A stretch of DNA of 64,000 nucleotides, taken from assembly GCA_030648005.1 (NCBI GenBank), contig JAUSIP010000016.1:1110-65109 (forward strand). The letters are read 5' to 3'. The stretch is from a bacterium. Its GTDB lineage: Bacteria > Patescibacteriota > Minisyncoccia > Phycocordibacterales > UBA12445. Below, in pieces: positions 27,358 through 37,795 of this stretch (within the stretch, counting starts at the first letter, position 1; the number at the start of each line of letters is the position of its first letter). The position numbers and the translations under genes were made by a program. The notes beneath the pieces were generated by a model, which was not told where the DNA came from, did no database searches, and saw nothing but the letters and a program-made list of their open reading frames with translations.

Positions 27358-28710
27358 ATGTTAAGAAATTCAAAAAAGCACTTAATTCTAATATTTAAAA
27401 TAGTTACGCCGATACTACTTTTTGGTGCTGGATTTTATGTTGGAGATAGGTATAGCGATAATTTCGGCATACAAAAACTTTCATCTATAAGCAATAAGGA
27501 GCCAGCTTTGCCGGTGACCGCTGACTTCGCGCCATTCTGGAAGACATGGAATTTGATTAATGAGAAGTTTGTTGATGGTCATGCCTCATCGACCGGCACC
27601 ACAACTGCGGCGTATAAAGCTGCTTACAAGCCAGTATCGGATCAGGAGAAGATCTACGGCGCTATCTCCGGGTTAGTTAAATCTCTTGGAGATCCATACA
27701 CCACCTTTCTGCCACCAAACGAAGCGGAGATGTTCCAGAACGATATCAATGGCAGTTTCCAGGGCGTTGGTATGGAGGTTGGATTAAAGAGTGATCTATT
27801 GACCGTCATTGCGCCACTTGAAGGCACTCCAGCCAAGAAAGCAGGAATAAGGTCGGGCGATAAGATTGTGAAGATAGATGACAAATCGACCGTCGGCATG
27901 TCAGTCGAGGAAGCAGTGAAGATGATCCGTGGGCCTAGAGGCACTTCCGTTACGCTATCAATCCTACGAGAGGGAGAGAAGGATATTTTAACTATTAAGG
28001 TTACCAGAGACACCATAACTATCCCGGTGATGGATATCGGCGAATCGAAGTCGGTCGGTAAGGATGGATCCTTAAGAAACGGTAAGGGTGGCACAGTGTC
28101 AGATGAGAATAATAATGGATTACGTAAAGACGGGATATTTGTAATGAGATTGTACAACTTTTCTGCACCGTCACCGGATTTCTTCCGTGAAGCACTGAAA
28201 AAATTTGAAGTTTCCGGTTCTAATAAATTAATTTTAGATCTAAGAGGCAACCCGGGTGGGTTCTTGGAAGCGGCAGTAGAGATCTCTAGCTGGTTCTTGC
28301 CGTCGGATAAGGTTGTTGTAAGAGAGGTCATAAACAAAGAGGGTGATGAGAAGATCCACAGAAGCAAGGGGTACGATATATTTAACGAGAATCTGAAGAT
28401 GGCAATTTTGATTGATAAAGGTAGTGCCTCAGCATCTGAGATCTTAGCCGGAGCACTTTCAGAACACGGAGTGGCTAAGCTTATCGGTGAACAAAGTTTC
28501 GGTAAGGGTTCTGTTCAGGAATTAATATCGGTGACATCAGACACTTATGTTAAGATGACCATCGCCAAGTGGCTGACTCCAGGTGGCAAGTCTATCTCAC
28601 TTTCAGGCTTGACTCCGGACATCATTGTGCCTATAACTAAGGAGGATGTTCTGAAGGGCAATGATCCACAGATGGATCGAGCAGCCAAACTTTTACTAGA
28701 AGGGAAATAA
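27358..28710 (+). CDS. ctp: Carboxyl-terminal processing protease (S41) with PDZ domain
   Basis: PDZ (GIRSGDKIVKIDD), S41 core GNPGGFLEAAVEIS...GSASASEILAGAL. Confidence 0.85.
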   Translation: MLRNSKKHLILIFKIVTPILLFGAGFYVGDRYSDNFGIQKLSSISNKEPALPVTADFAPFWKTWNLINEKFVDGHASSTGTTTAAYKAAYKPVSDQEKIYGAISGLVKSLGDPYTTFLPPNEAEMFQNDINGSFQGVGMEVGLKSDLLTVIAPLEGTPAKKAGIRSGDKIVKIDDKSTVGMSVEEAVKMIRGPRGTSVTLSILREGEKDILTIKVTRDTITIPVMDIGESKSVGKDGSLRNGKGGTVSDENNNGLRKDGIFVMRLYNFSAPSPDFFREALKKFEVSGSNKLILDLRGNPGGFLEAAVEISSWFLPSDKVVVREVINKEGDEKIHRSKGYDIFNENLKMAILIDKGSASASEILAGALSEHGVAKLIGEQSFGKGSVQELISVTSDTYVKMTIAKWLTPGGKSISLSGLTPDIIVPITKEDVLKGNDPQMDRAAKLLLEGK

Positions 28711-28726
28711 TATAAAGAACAAAGAT

Positions 28727-29170
28727 ATGAAAGTAGTATTATTAAAAGATATACCGAAGGTGGGTAAGAAGTATGACATTAAAGATGTTTCAGATGGACA
28801 CGGAAGGAATTTTCTTATTCGTAACAAGCTGGCTGAATTAGCCACACCACACTCCTTAAGGATGGTGGAAGATATGAAAGGTAAGATCACAGCACAAAAA
28901 AATATAGAGGAAGCACAAGTGGAGGCTGGGTTAGCTAAGCTGTCTAAGGCTAAGATCACACTGAAGGGAAAAGCCAATGAAGAGGGCCACCTCTTCGCTG
29001 GCATTAAGGCAGAGGAACTATCGGATGCGATTAAGGATCAGACCGGATTGACCGTATCTTTTGAACATATAAATTTGGATAAACCGGTCAAGATGGTTGG
29101 AGAACACGAGGTGGAGGTGTCTATGGGTAGTAAAAAGGCAAAATTCAAACTGACGGTGGAGAAAGAATAA
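28727..29170 (+). CDS. rplI: 50S ribosomal protein L9
   Basis: MKVVLLKDIPKVGKKYDIKDVSDGHGRNFLI. Confidence 0.9.
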   Translation: MKVVLLKDIPKVGKKYDIKDVSDGHGRNFLIRNKLAELATPHSLRMVEDMKGKITAQKNIEEAQVEAGLAKLSKAKITLKGKANEEGHLFAGIKAEELSDAIKDQTGLTVSFEHINLDKPVKMVGEHEVEVSMGSKKAKFKLTVEKE

Positions 29171-29177
29171 CCAAATA

Positions 29178-29210
29178 AAAAAATCCCCCGTTTAGTGGGG
29201 ATTTTTTTTG
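29178..29210. terminator. Bidirectional terminator between rplI and rpmA
   Basis: aaatcccc-cgtttagt-ggggattt flanked by an A-run and a T-run. Confidence 0.75.
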
Positions 29211-29216
29211 ATTATT

Positions 29217-29489
29217 TTAGAGAACGCTAACTGTAACCTTCTTAATAGCCTTGCCGTTGAATCTCGTCTTTCTTTTTTCTCCGAACTTAACAATTCCGGC
29301 CTTTGTTGCAAACAGTGAGTGATCCTTTCCAACTCCGACATTAGCACCGGCCATTATAACTGTACCGCGCTGACGTACAATAATAGAACCTGCCAGGGCT
29401 TTGTCCCCGTCATAGAGCTTTGTACCAAGATACTGTGGTCCCGAATCTTTTAAGTTTTTGGCTGAACCGCCTGCCTTTTTATGTGCCAT
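29217..29489 (-). CDS. rpmA: 50S ribosomal protein L27
   Basis: [22 protein letters not shown]... Confidence 0.92.
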   Translation of the reverse strand: MAHKKAGGSAKNLKDSGPQYLGTKLYDGDKALAGSIIVRQRGTVIMAGANVGVGKDHSLFATKAGIVKFGEKRKTRFNGKAIKKVTVSVL

Positions 29490-29507
29490 ATGTTATATTA
29501 GTCTGTA

Positions 29508-29861
29508 ATGAAAAACAGTTTAAACTACTTTATGGAAAAAATCAAGGGGCTAGAGAAAGAGATCTGCTTGGTTGTGCTGGTCACACTTGTTGGCCTTCTT
29601 GGTTTTGGACTTGGGAGATTGTCTAGACTAGAAGAAAGAAGGGTGCCTATAGTCATAAAGAACGAGGCTATTTCGATGCAGGAAGGAAGTACTCCTATTG
29701 AAGCAGGTAAGTATGTCGCCTCAAAAAGTGGCAACTCTTATTACTTGCCCTGGTGTACAGGAGTTAAAAGAATTAAAGAGAATAATAAAGTTTGGTTTGA
29801 TAGCGAAGATGAAGCAAAAACAGCAGGCTATGCACCGGCAAGTAATTGCAAGGGGTTGTAG
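29508..29861 (+). CDS. Small membrane-anchored protein with Ada N-terminal-like motif
   Basis: TM helix then YYLPWCTGVKRIKENNKVWFDSEDEAKTAGYAPASNC, which parallels Ada FCRPSCRARHALRENVSFYANASEALAAGFRPCKRC; only 2 of the 4 Cys are present. Confidence 0.3.
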   Translation: MKNSLNYFMEKIKGLEKEICLVVLVTLVGLLGFGLGRLSRLEERRVPIVIKNEAISMQEGSTPIEAGKYVASKSGNSYYLPWCTGVKRIKENNKVWFDSEDEAKTAGYAPASNCKGL

Positions 29862-29944
29862 GTTTATGTACAATGTTATATATATATGGTTAATGGTTAG
29901 TCGACCCTTAACTCTATTAATATTTAGTCATAGGATTGAATAAT

Positions 29945-30112
29945 ATGGGTAATAAACTAGTTTGGATTGTCGTAGTAGTTTTGGCGCTCCTTGGTTTGTA
30001 CTACTACTCAATGCCTGCATCTGAGGCTCCTGTGGAGTCAGCTCCAGCAGCTGTAGCCGAGGTGGTTCCAGAGGCTCCTGCTGATGCAGTAGCTCCGGCT
30101 CCGGTTCAGTAA
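29945..30112 (+). CDS. Possible 55-aa membrane peptide with Ala/Pro-rich tail (not in ORF track)
   Basis: MGNKLVWIVVVVLALLGLYYYSMPASEAPVESAPAAVAEVVPEAPADAVAPAPVQ; weak SD. Confidence 0.25.
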   Translation: MGNKLVWIVVVVLALLGLYYYSMPASEAPVESAPAAVAEVVPEAPADAVAPAPVQ

Positions 30113-30326
30113 TCTTTCTCTAAAGAGACAAGGAAGGCTTTGCTTGATAGCTGTCAGGCAAGGTCTTTCTTTTTTAAAACATGCATATTTGGCGCGGAAC
30201 TTTGTCAGAAGCTCCGTCTACTCCTCGAAGTACGATTTGTACATCCTCGTCGTATACTCGCTTCTTCCTCGTTCCGCATCCAAATCTGCGAGTTTTAACT
30301 AGCAGATTGACGGGAGGTTTTAATTA

Positions 30327-32396
30327 GTGTTTAATGTTTCAATGACAGAGCACTTCAAATTAAAGTCTGATTGGAAACCTGCCGGCGATCAACCGGAGGC
30401 TATTGCAAAACTTTCAGAGGGACTCAAAGATGGCCTTCGTCACCAGACTCTTTTTGGCGTGACTGGATCAGGTAAGACCTTCACCGCAGCCAATGTTATT
30501 GCCAAGTTCAATAAGCCGACTCTTGTCATTGCCCACAACAAGACGCTCGCCGCCCAGCTCGCACAAGAGTACCGCGAATTTTTCCCAAACAACGCCGTTC
30601 ACTACTTCGTCTCATACTACGATTACTATCAGCCGGAGGCATACATGCCGATCACTGATACGTATATAGAAAAAGATGCAAAAATTAATGAAGAGATAGA
30701 TAGATTAAGACACGCATCGACACAAGCTCTTCTAACTAGACGTGACGTTATTATTGTCGCTTCAGTATCTTGCATATACGGCTTAGGCAGTCCAGAGGAT
30801 TATGAGAATGAGAATTTGAAGATCAAGGATGGCGACGAAATTTCACGTCAGGACTTTTTTAAAAAACTTGTGTCGATACATTTCAATAGAACGAACTCCG
30901 ACCTGACTCCAGGCACTTTCCGTTCACTTGGTAATAACATCGAGATAATGCCAACAGGGGAGAAGGTTATCTTCAATGTAAATATCGCTCTGCGCGGTGG
31001 TAGGAGCTTTATAGATGGTATTTTAAAATTAGATCCAGTCTCAATGCAGATGTTGGAGAAGCTTGATTTCTTCTATCTTTTCCCAGCCAAGCACTTCTTA
31101 ACAAACAAGGATAAGAAGAAGGCTGCGTTGAAGTCTATCCGTGCCGAACTAGCACAGAGACTTAAAGAGCTGAAGAAGGCTGGAAAGATCCTTGAAGCAG
31201 AGAGGATCAAGCGTCGTACAACTTATGATTTAGCTATGATTGATGAAGTCGGCTACTGTAGCGGTATTGAGAACTATTCAAGACATCTGTCTGGCCGAGC
31301 GACAGGTTCACCTCCTGATACTCTGCTTTCATACTTCCCGCACAAAGCTGACGGCTCGGCGGACTTCTTAACCATCATCGACGAGTCGCATGTCACAGTA
31401 CCGCAGATCGGTGGAATGTATGGTGGAGATCAGTCACGTAAGAAGACCTTGATAGAGCACGGCTTCCGTCTGCCTTCTGCTTTAGATAATAGGCCATTCA
31501 CCTTTGAAGAGTTTAGTAAAGCTGTGGGGCAAGTTATATATACTTCTGCAACACCAGCTGAACATGAAAGTAATCTAAGTAAGCCTCCTACTGGTCAGAC
31601 CGTTGAACAGATCATTAGGCCGACTGGACTGATAGATCCTGAAATTATTGTCCGGCCAATAGTACCTTCCGGCAAATACGAAGGCCAGATCCAGGACTTC
31701 ATGAGAGAAGTGAATGATACTATCCAGAAAGGCTTCCGAGTCATCGCTACAACACTAACCAAGAAGATGGCCGAGGAACTCTCAATATATCTAAAAGAGA
31801 AGGGGATTAAAGCGGAGTATTTACATAGTGATATCAAAACAATCGAGAGAATCCAGATCCTGACCGATTTCCGAAGGGGTAAGTTTGACTGCATCGTCGG
31901 TGTTAACCTGTTGCGAGAAGGTCTCGACTTACCGGAAGTTGCACTGATCGGTATCCTGGATGCCGACAAAGAAGGCTTCTTGCGATCTGAATCTGCCCTC
32001 ATACAAACCATTGGCCGTGCTGCTAGAAATGTTTTCGGCAGAGTTATCCTTTATGCGGAAAAAATGACCGGCTCAATGAAGGCCGCGATAGATGAGACAA
32101 CAAGAAGAAGAAAGATTCAGGTTGCTTATAATGAGAAGCATGGCATCACTCCAAAAACTATTATTAAATCTATAAAAGATATTACAGAGAGTATGGAGTC
32201 CAAACACAGCAAGACGGTCAACGCCCTGCTTGAGATCGATAAAAGGGTTTTTGCCAAAAATCCGAAAGCATTACTTAGAGAAAAAGAGCGTCAGATGAAC
32301 GAGGCTGTGAAGCTTCTCGACTTTGAGACAGCGGCAATTCTCCGCGATGAGATCAAGGTGCTATCAGACCTTCATTTGCGTATACATCAGATGTGA
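30327..32396 (+). CDS. uvrB: Excinuclease ABC subunit B
   Basis: FKLKSDWKPAGDQPEAIAKL...GVTGSGKTFT; helicase motifs; C-terminal UVR domain. GTG 30327 has GGGAGG 9 nt upstream; the homology start is ATG 30342. Confidence 0.92.
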   Translation: MFNVSMTEHFKLKSDWKPAGDQPEAIAKLSEGLKDGLRHQTLFGVTGSGKTFTAANVIAKFNKPTLVIAHNKTLAAQLAQEYREFFPNNAVHYFVSYYDYYQPEAYMPITDTYIEKDAKINEEIDRLRHASTQALLTRRDVIIVASVSCIYGLGSPEDYENENLKIKDGDEISRQDFFKKLVSIHFNRTNSDLTPGTFRSLGNNIEIMPTGEKVIFNVNIALRGGRSFIDGILKLDPVSMQMLEKLDFFYLFPAKHFLTNKDKKKAALKSIRAELAQRLKELKKAGKILEAERIKRRTTYDLAMIDEVGYCSGIENYSRHLSGRATGSPPDTLLSYFPHKADGSADFLTIIDESHVTVPQIGGMYGGDQSRKKTLIEHGFRLPSALDNRPFTFEEFSKAVGQVIYTSATPAEHESNLSKPPTGQTVEQIIRPTGLIDPEIIVRPIVPSGKYEGQIQDFMREVNDTIQKGFRVIATTLTKKMAEELSIYLKEKGIKAEYLHSDIKTIERIQILTDFRRGKFDCIVGVNLLREGLDLPEVALIGILDADKEGFLRSESALIQTIGRAARNVFGRVILYAEKMTGSMKAAIDETTRRRKIQVAYNEKHGITPKTIIKSIKDITESMESKHSKTVNALLEIDKRVFAKNPKALLREKERQMNEAVKLLDFETAAILRDEIKVLSDLHLRIHQM

Positions 32397-35074
32397 TGTA
32401 TGGTGTAGGGATGTCTAAAATCGAAAAACCATCCTCCGCACAAGGCTACGGCATGGCGAAGTACGAAAAAAGCGACAAGATAATCGTGAAGGGGGCCCGG
32501 ACTCACAACCTCAAGAATATTACAGTTGAGATGCCTCGCGACAAGATGATTGCCTTCACCGGCCTTTCCGGCTCGGGCAAGTCTTCGCTTGCCTTCGATA
32601 CTATCTTCGCTGAAGGTCAGCGTCGATATATTGAATCTCTTTCCTCTTACGCTCGACAATTCTTGCGTCAATTTCAGAAGCCAGATGTTGATGAGATCAT
32701 CGGCCTTTCGCCTGCTATCTCTATCGACCAGAAGAGCCACTCTTCTAACCCACGTTCGACCGTCGCTACTATCACCGAGATCTACGACTACCTGCGAGTA
32801 TTCTTCGCCCGTGTCGGACGACCGCACTGTTTGGTCTGCGGGACAGAAATCAGGAGACTCTCAAACGATGAGATTGTGGATTTCGTAGTTGAGAAGATAA
32901 AGAAGCATGATGCTGAGGATAAAAATAAAACATCTCAGATCTCTAGAGTTATGGTTTTCGCCCCTGTAGTCCGCGGAAGGAAGGGTGAATATTATCAACT
33001 ACTCTATGACTTACTTAACAAGGGTTACACTCAGGTAAAGATAGATGGAACTATCTATAAACTTCGCGAGCAGATCATTTTAGATAAAAACATTAGACAT
33101 GATATTGATGTCTTGATAGACGAAGTATCGCTATTGGAAGGTATTAAAGCCGAGAATTCTATTAATACAAAAGAGAAGATTATAAAAGATAGGTTGGCGG
33201 AAGCTGTCGGCATAGCACTTGGGCATGCTGACGATACGGTTAAGATAATTTTCAATATGGATCAGGGCAGAGTTGTACTCTCCGGACTTGGACCGAAGTG
33301 GGAAGAGATCGGCATGTCAGCTAAGTACACCTGCCCTAAGGATGGCTTCTCTTTCATGGAAGTCGAGCCGAGACTTTTCTCCTTCAACTCACCTTTTGGT
33401 GCCTGCGAAGTTTGTCACGGATTGGGAACCAAAGAACTCTTTGGCGAAGAGCCTTGTGATGCATGTCACGGCAAACGTCTTCGTCCCGAAGCTTTGAATG
33501 TGCTGATTGAAAATAAAAATATTGTCGATGTAAGCTCCATGTCTATAAAAGAAGCATCAGACTTTTTCAAAGAGCTTAAACTTACAGAACGAGAAGTAAG
33601 TATTTCAACATCGGTGATAAGAGAGGTTGTGAACCGCATTAAATTCATGCTTGATGTTGGTTTAGATTATCTTTCTTTGGATAGACGAGCCGGTACTTTG
33701 TCCGGTGGTGAGGCGCAGAGGATTCGTCTAGCCTCTCAGCTTGGCTCAAGATTAGTTGGCGCATTGTATGTGCTGGATGAACCGACGATAGGCCTGCACT
33801 CCAGAGACAACGACAGGCTGATTAAGACATTAAAAGACCTGCGGGATCTCGGTAATACTATAATCGTTGTTGAGCATGACGAGGACACTATCTTCGCATC
33901 TGATTATCTGGTGGATATAGGCCCGGGTGCCGGTGTGCATGGGGGCGAGATTGTCGTTTCCGGTCCAACTGATGAACTCATCACAGATAAAAAGAAGAAA
34001 TCTTTGACGCTAGATTATCTGCGTGGCGACGCTAAGGTTGAGATACCAGAAAAGAGGCGAGATAAGGAGATGGGGTCGCTTAAGATCGTAGGCGGGAAAG
34101 TATTCAGTATAAATAATTTAAATATCGAAGTACCTCTAGGGAGGCTGGTCTGTCTGACTGGCGTCTCTGGTTCCGGTAAGTCATCTCTGATGGATGAGAT
34201 CATCTACAAGAATCTTCATCAGAAGTTTGAGAGGCGCAACAAGGCTGAACCGGTGAATTGCAAAAGTTTCCTAGGTACAGAATATGTCTCCCGTGTTGTA
34301 TCAATAGATCAATCGCCAATCGGCAGAACACCAAGATCCAACCCGGCTACTTACACCGGTGCCTTCACTCACATTCGTGATATGTTCGCTGAGACGGTAG
34401 ATGCTAAGGTTAAGGGCTTCCGTGCTAACCGCTTTTCCTTCAACGTTAAGGGTGGGCGATGTGAGACATGTGAAGGCAACGGCCAGATCGCCGTCGAGAT
34501 GCACTTCCTACCGACTGTCTATGTGCCGTGCGATGTCTGTGGAGGTAAGAGATTTAATAGGGAGACGCTGGAGGTGAAGTATAAGAAGAAGTCTATACAT
34601 GATGTGCTTAAGATGACAGTGGAAGAAGCGACGAGATTCTTTATAGATATTCCCGCAATATATGACAGGTTAAAAATTCTTGGCGAAGTGGGGCTTGGCT
34701 ATTTAGAGCTTGGCCAATCCGCCACTACACTTTCCGGTGGAGAATCACAGAGAGTCAAGATTGCCTCCGAGCTCTATCGGCCCGGCCTGCACAAGACTGT
34801 CTACCTTCTTGATGAGCCAACTATCGGACTTCACTATGAAGATGTTAAGAATTTAATAGAGATCATCCAGCGACTCGTTAAGCACGGTAATACTGTGATC
34901 GTCATTGAGCACAATATGGATGTCATAAAGTCGGCTGACTACTTGATCGACATGGGGCCCGAAGGCGGGGATCAGGGTGGTAAGGTTGTGGCGGAGGGCA
35001 CACCGGAGGATGTAGCCAAGAATCCAAGATCTCACACTGGACATTACTTGAAGAAAGTGCTAAAAAGAAAGTAG
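32393..35074 (+). CDS. uvrA: Excinuclease ABC subunit A
   Basis: Two ABC modules ([14 protein letters not shown]; [10 protein letters not shown]), zinc fingers; overlaps the uvrB stop. True start possibly an internal Met (MSKIEK or MAKYEK). Confidence 0.92.
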   Translation: MMYGVGMSKIEKPSSAQGYGMAKYEKSDKIIVKGARTHNLKNITVEMPRDKMIAFTGLSGSGKSSLAFDTIFAEGQRRYIESLSSYARQFLRQFQKPDVDEIIGLSPAISIDQKSHSSNPRSTVATITEIYDYLRVFFARVGRPHCLVCGTEIRRLSNDEIVDFVVEKIKKHDAEDKNKTSQISRVMVFAPVVRGRKGEYYQLLYDLLNKGYTQVKIDGTIYKLREQIILDKNIRHDIDVLIDEVSLLEGIKAENSINTKEKIIKDRLAEAVGIALGHADDTVKIIFNMDQGRVVLSGLGPKWEEIGMSAKYTCPKDGFSFMEVEPRLFSFNSPFGACEVCHGLGTKELFGEEPCDACHGKRLRPEALNVLIENKNIVDVSSMSIKEASDFFKELKLTEREVSISTSVIREVVNRIKFMLDVGLDYLSLDRRAGTLSGGEAQRIRLASQLGSRLVGALYVLDEPTIGLHSRDNDRLIKTLKDLRDLGNTIIVVEHDEDTIFASDYLVDIGPGAGVHGGEIVVSGPTDELITDKKKKSLTLDYLRGDAKVEIPEKRRDKEMGSLKIVGGKVFSINNLNIEVPLGRLVCLTGVSGSGKSSLMDEIIYKNLHQKFERRNKAEPVNCKSFLGTEYVSRVVSIDQSPIGRTPRSNPATYTGAFTHIRDMFAETVDAKVKGFRANRFSFNVKGGRCETCEGNGQIAVEMHFLPTVYVPCDVCGGKRFNRETLEVKYKKKSIHDVLKMTVEEATRFFIDIPAIYDRLKILGEVGLGYLELGQSATTLSGGESQRVKIASELYRPGLHKTVYLLDEPTIGLHYEDVKNLIEIIQRLVKHGNTVIVIEHNMDVIKSADYLIDMGPEGGDQGGKVVAEGTPEDVAKNPRSHTGHYLKKVLKRK

Positions 35075-35098
35075 ATCGGAACAAAAAGGAGGCAAGAT

Positions 35099-35482
35099 AT
35101 GACAAGGTCAGAAGGGATCGTGGTTCAGAAACCGGCGAAGACTTTTGTTGATAGGATCAAGGAGGAGTTGGAGACAAACGATAAGACTGAGGAACAGGAG
35201 GTACGATTGTTAATACAGAAGGCGAAGGATGCTCTTAATTCATTGATCGAAGGTCTAATTGTAGAAATTCGGAATACCGGCATTACTTCCAAGGAACTTA
35301 ACAGGGTTGTCAATTTTACTTACTGCGCTCCAAGCCACCAGATCCTGGGTAAGGTAGATAGCTTTTTGGTGGCCTACCTCGCAAATCAAGGATTTACAGA
35401 CATTAAGGCTGAAGCTAGGTCCTCCGGTACCAAGGACGGAAATTTTGTTGGGACGACTATACAGTTCACAATCCCAAAGTAA
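35099..35482 (+). CDS. Hypothetical protein (127 aa)
   Basis: Strong SD (AAGGAGG) before ATG; own terminator; no recognisable motif. Confidence 0.4.
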   Translation: MTRSEGIVVQKPAKTFVDRIKEELETNDKTEEQEVRLLIQKAKDALNSLIEGLIVEIRNTGITSKELNRVVNFTYCAPSHQILGKVDSFLVAYLANQGFTDIKAEARSSGTKDGNFVGTTIQFTIPK

Positions 35483-35496
35483 TCTATGGTTAACCA

Positions 35497-35523
35497 ACCG
35501 GCCCGCATGGGCCGTTTTTTTTA
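35497..35523 (+). terminator. Rho-independent terminator
   Basis: cggccc-gcat-gggccg followed by a T9 run. Confidence 0.8.
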
Positions 35524-35582
35524 TATTCTATATTGATATTATTAAATGTTACAGATGTGACGGCCGTCTGATGTGTAACATA

Positions 35583-36323
35583 TTATTGTAAGTGCCATTC
35601 GCCGATTCGGGTTCTTTTGATTGTCAGCGCAATCGCTTTAGTGCCGAGCATTTTGCCAAGCTCGTGGGCGATCGAACGCATGTAGGCTCCACTTTGGCAG
35701 GAGATTTTAATTTTGGCGATATCAAATTTCTTTATTTCCGGATTTATTTCAAAATATTTTTTCCACGAATCTGTTATTTTATCCTGTCGGAAGTCGCCGG
35801 TGACTTTTTGAGTAGAATCTAATACATATTTTTCTAAGCTATCTCTATCTATGGCGTTAAATCTAATAAGTTCCACGGAATTTATGAACGAATCTTGCTT
35901 CGGTACTTTTATTTTTTTTATTATTCCTTGTCGTGCCCATTCAAAAAGTGGTATCCCCCCTACCGGCTTGGAGGAGTATGGTGGATATGGAAGTTCTACC
36001 TTGCCGATGAATTTATTTAAGGAAGAAATTAACTCATTTTTGTTTATTATTTTTTTCTTCCCACCTTTCACTAGACCTAATATGTCATAGCTGTCAGTTT
36101 CTATGCCGAAGACTATTTCGACCTCATACTCTTTGTCCAGATTCAGATATTTTTCCCTATTTTTATTCTCCTCTCCGACCATAACCAGAAGAAGCCCTTC
36201 AGCCATTGGATCTAAGCGCCCAGCGTATGAAAGTTTTACGGACTTAAATTCCGGCCTCTCTGTCCTAAGTTTATCTAATGCCTGAAGCGGAGTTTGTCCG
36301 ACGGGCTTATTCAGTAGTATCAT
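35583..36323 (-). CDS. truB: tRNA pseudouridine(55) synthase
   Basis: YAGRLDPMAEGLLLVMVGEENK catalytic Asp motif. Confidence 0.85.
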   Translation of the reverse strand: MILLNKPVGQTPLQALDKLRTERPEFKSVKLSYAGRLDPMAEGLLLVMVGEENKNREKYLNLDKEYEVEIVFGIETDSYDILGLVKGGKKKIINKNELISSLNKFIGKVELPYPPYSSKPVGGIPLFEWARQGIIKKIKVPKQDSFINSVELIRFNAIDRDSLEKYVLDSTQKVTGDFRQDKITDSWKKYFEINPEIKKFDIAKIKISCQSGAYMRSIAHELGKMLGTKAIALTIKRTRIGEWHLQ

Positions 36324-36379
36324 CTGTGTATTCTTATTTATTCTGTAACGTTTGGCAATATGATACTATTATACTCATA

Positions 36380-37339
36380 ATGATGACTAGAGTGGCGGTA
36401 TTAAGAGGTGGGCCAAGCTCGGAGTATGACGTCTCGCTTAAAACGGGGGCTAATGTGTTGGCCGCCTTGGCACCGAAATATAAGACCAAAGATATTTTAA
36501 TATCTAAAGATGGTACATGGCACATGGATGGCATACCGGCTACTCCGGAGAAGATTGCTAGGGGTGTAGATGTAGTCTTTATTGCCCTGCACGGCGAATA
36601 TGGCGAAGATGGACAGGTTCAGCGGATCCTCCATCAGCTCAAGGTGCCGTATACGGGTTCGGAAGCATGGCCGTCATCAGTGGCTCTGAATAAGGCTCTC
36701 ACTAAAGATCATTTCAGAAAGCACAACATCAGAACTCCGCACGGGATGCTGGTTTGTAATGATGAAGACGTAGAAACTCTGGCGGCAAGAATATTCAACA
36801 AGCTTTCTCCGCCCTGGTTCGTAAAGCCGAACACCGGAGGTTCTTCTATTGGTGCCGGACTAGCCAAAGATATTCAGAGTCTTATAAATCGTTTGCAAGA
36901 ATCTTTTAAATATAGCGACACGGTTATTGTGGAGGAGGCGATCATGGGACGAGAGGCGACCTGCGGAGTTATAGATAATTTCCGCAATAAAAAGCATTAC
37001 GCTCTCTTTCCAATAGAGATTATTAAGCCGAAAGCTAGAGACTTCTTCGACTACGAATGCAAGTATGACGGTTCGACTCAAGAGATCTGCCCGGGTAATT
37101 TCACAGCTAAAGAAAAACAGGAGATGCAGAATGCTGCACTAAAGGTGCACAAAGCATTAGGATTAAGACATTACTCACGTACTGATTTCATTGTCTCACC
37201 ACGGGGCATATACACGCTTGAGGTGAACACTCTGCCTGGCCTTACTTCAGAATCTCTCTTTCCGAAGGCTATGGCTGCTGTGGGCACCAATTATCTCGGC
37301 TTTCTAGAGCATCTCATTAATCTGGCACTTAAAAAATAA
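36380..37339 (+). CDS. ddl: D-alanine--D-alanine ligase
   Basis: VAVLRGGPSSEYDVSLKTG...ALHGEYGEDGQVQ...ATP-grasp...EVNTLPGLT. Start chosen at MMTRV; the ORF is open further upstream and overlaps truB. Confidence 0.85.
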   Translation: MMTRVAVLRGGPSSEYDVSLKTGANVLAALAPKYKTKDILISKDGTWHMDGIPATPEKIARGVDVVFIALHGEYGEDGQVQRILHQLKVPYTGSEAWPSSVALNKALTKDHFRKHNIRTPHGMLVCNDEDVETLAARIFNKLSPPWFVKPNTGGSSIGAGLAKDIQSLINRLQESFKYSDTVIVEEAIMGREATCGVIDNFRNKKHYALFPIEIIKPKARDFFDYECKYDGSTQEICPGNFTAKEKQEMQNAALKVHKALGLRHYSRTDFIVSPRGIYTLEVNTLPGLTSESLFPKAMAAVGTNYLGFLEHLINLALKK

Positions 37340-37362
37340 AAAAACCTCCGATGAACGGAGGA
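37331..37362 (-). terminator. Terminator of ridA
   Basis: cctccg-atgaa-cggagg; on the minus strand it is followed by a T-run. Confidence 0.6.
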
Positions 37363-37377
37363 GTGTAACACTCTGTA

Positions 37378-37740
37378 TTATTGGTTGAAGTTAAGCGAAG
37401 CCAGAGCCTTAATTGCCACACGAGCCCCAGACCAAAGTCCCTTAACAACTACACACTCTCTCGTTGGATACTCGTTTGGAGGATGCCAAAAACTACCGTA
37501 TGTCTGGTTCATCTCTTCATAATCAGCCTGATCGATCAGAGATATTCTCACATCCATTACATAACTCAGGTCAAGGTCAAAATGCTTAGAGAGTATTTCT
37601 TCGATATTTTTTAATATCTGTCTCGTCTCGACCCCAACTCCGCCCCCAACTAGAACTCCATTTTTATCTAATCCAATCATACAAGAAAAAAATATATAGT
37701 GGCCATTTCTGCGATAGAGGCTGTACGGATGCCTGTCCAT
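37378..37740 (-). CDS. ridA: RidA/YjgF-family reactive-intermediate deaminase
   Basis: 120 aa with RidA-like segments ...GGGVGVETRQILKNIEEIL...ECVVVKGL... Confidence 0.75.
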   Translation of the reverse strand: MDRHPYSLYRRNGHYIFFSCMIGLDKNGVLVGGGVGVETRQILKNIEEILSKHFDLDLSYVMDVRISLIDQADYEEMNQTYGSFWHPPNEYPTRECVVVKGLWSGARVAIKALASLNFNQ

Positions 37741-37795
37741 ATTACTGTCTCCTTGATTGTATAAAGGATTCTTGTCCTATCTATGAGCAATTTTA

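Noticed and set aside
29698-29943. ORF 29698..29943 (+)
   Set aside because: Out-of-frame overlap with the 29508 gene; AT-rich run-on without SD.
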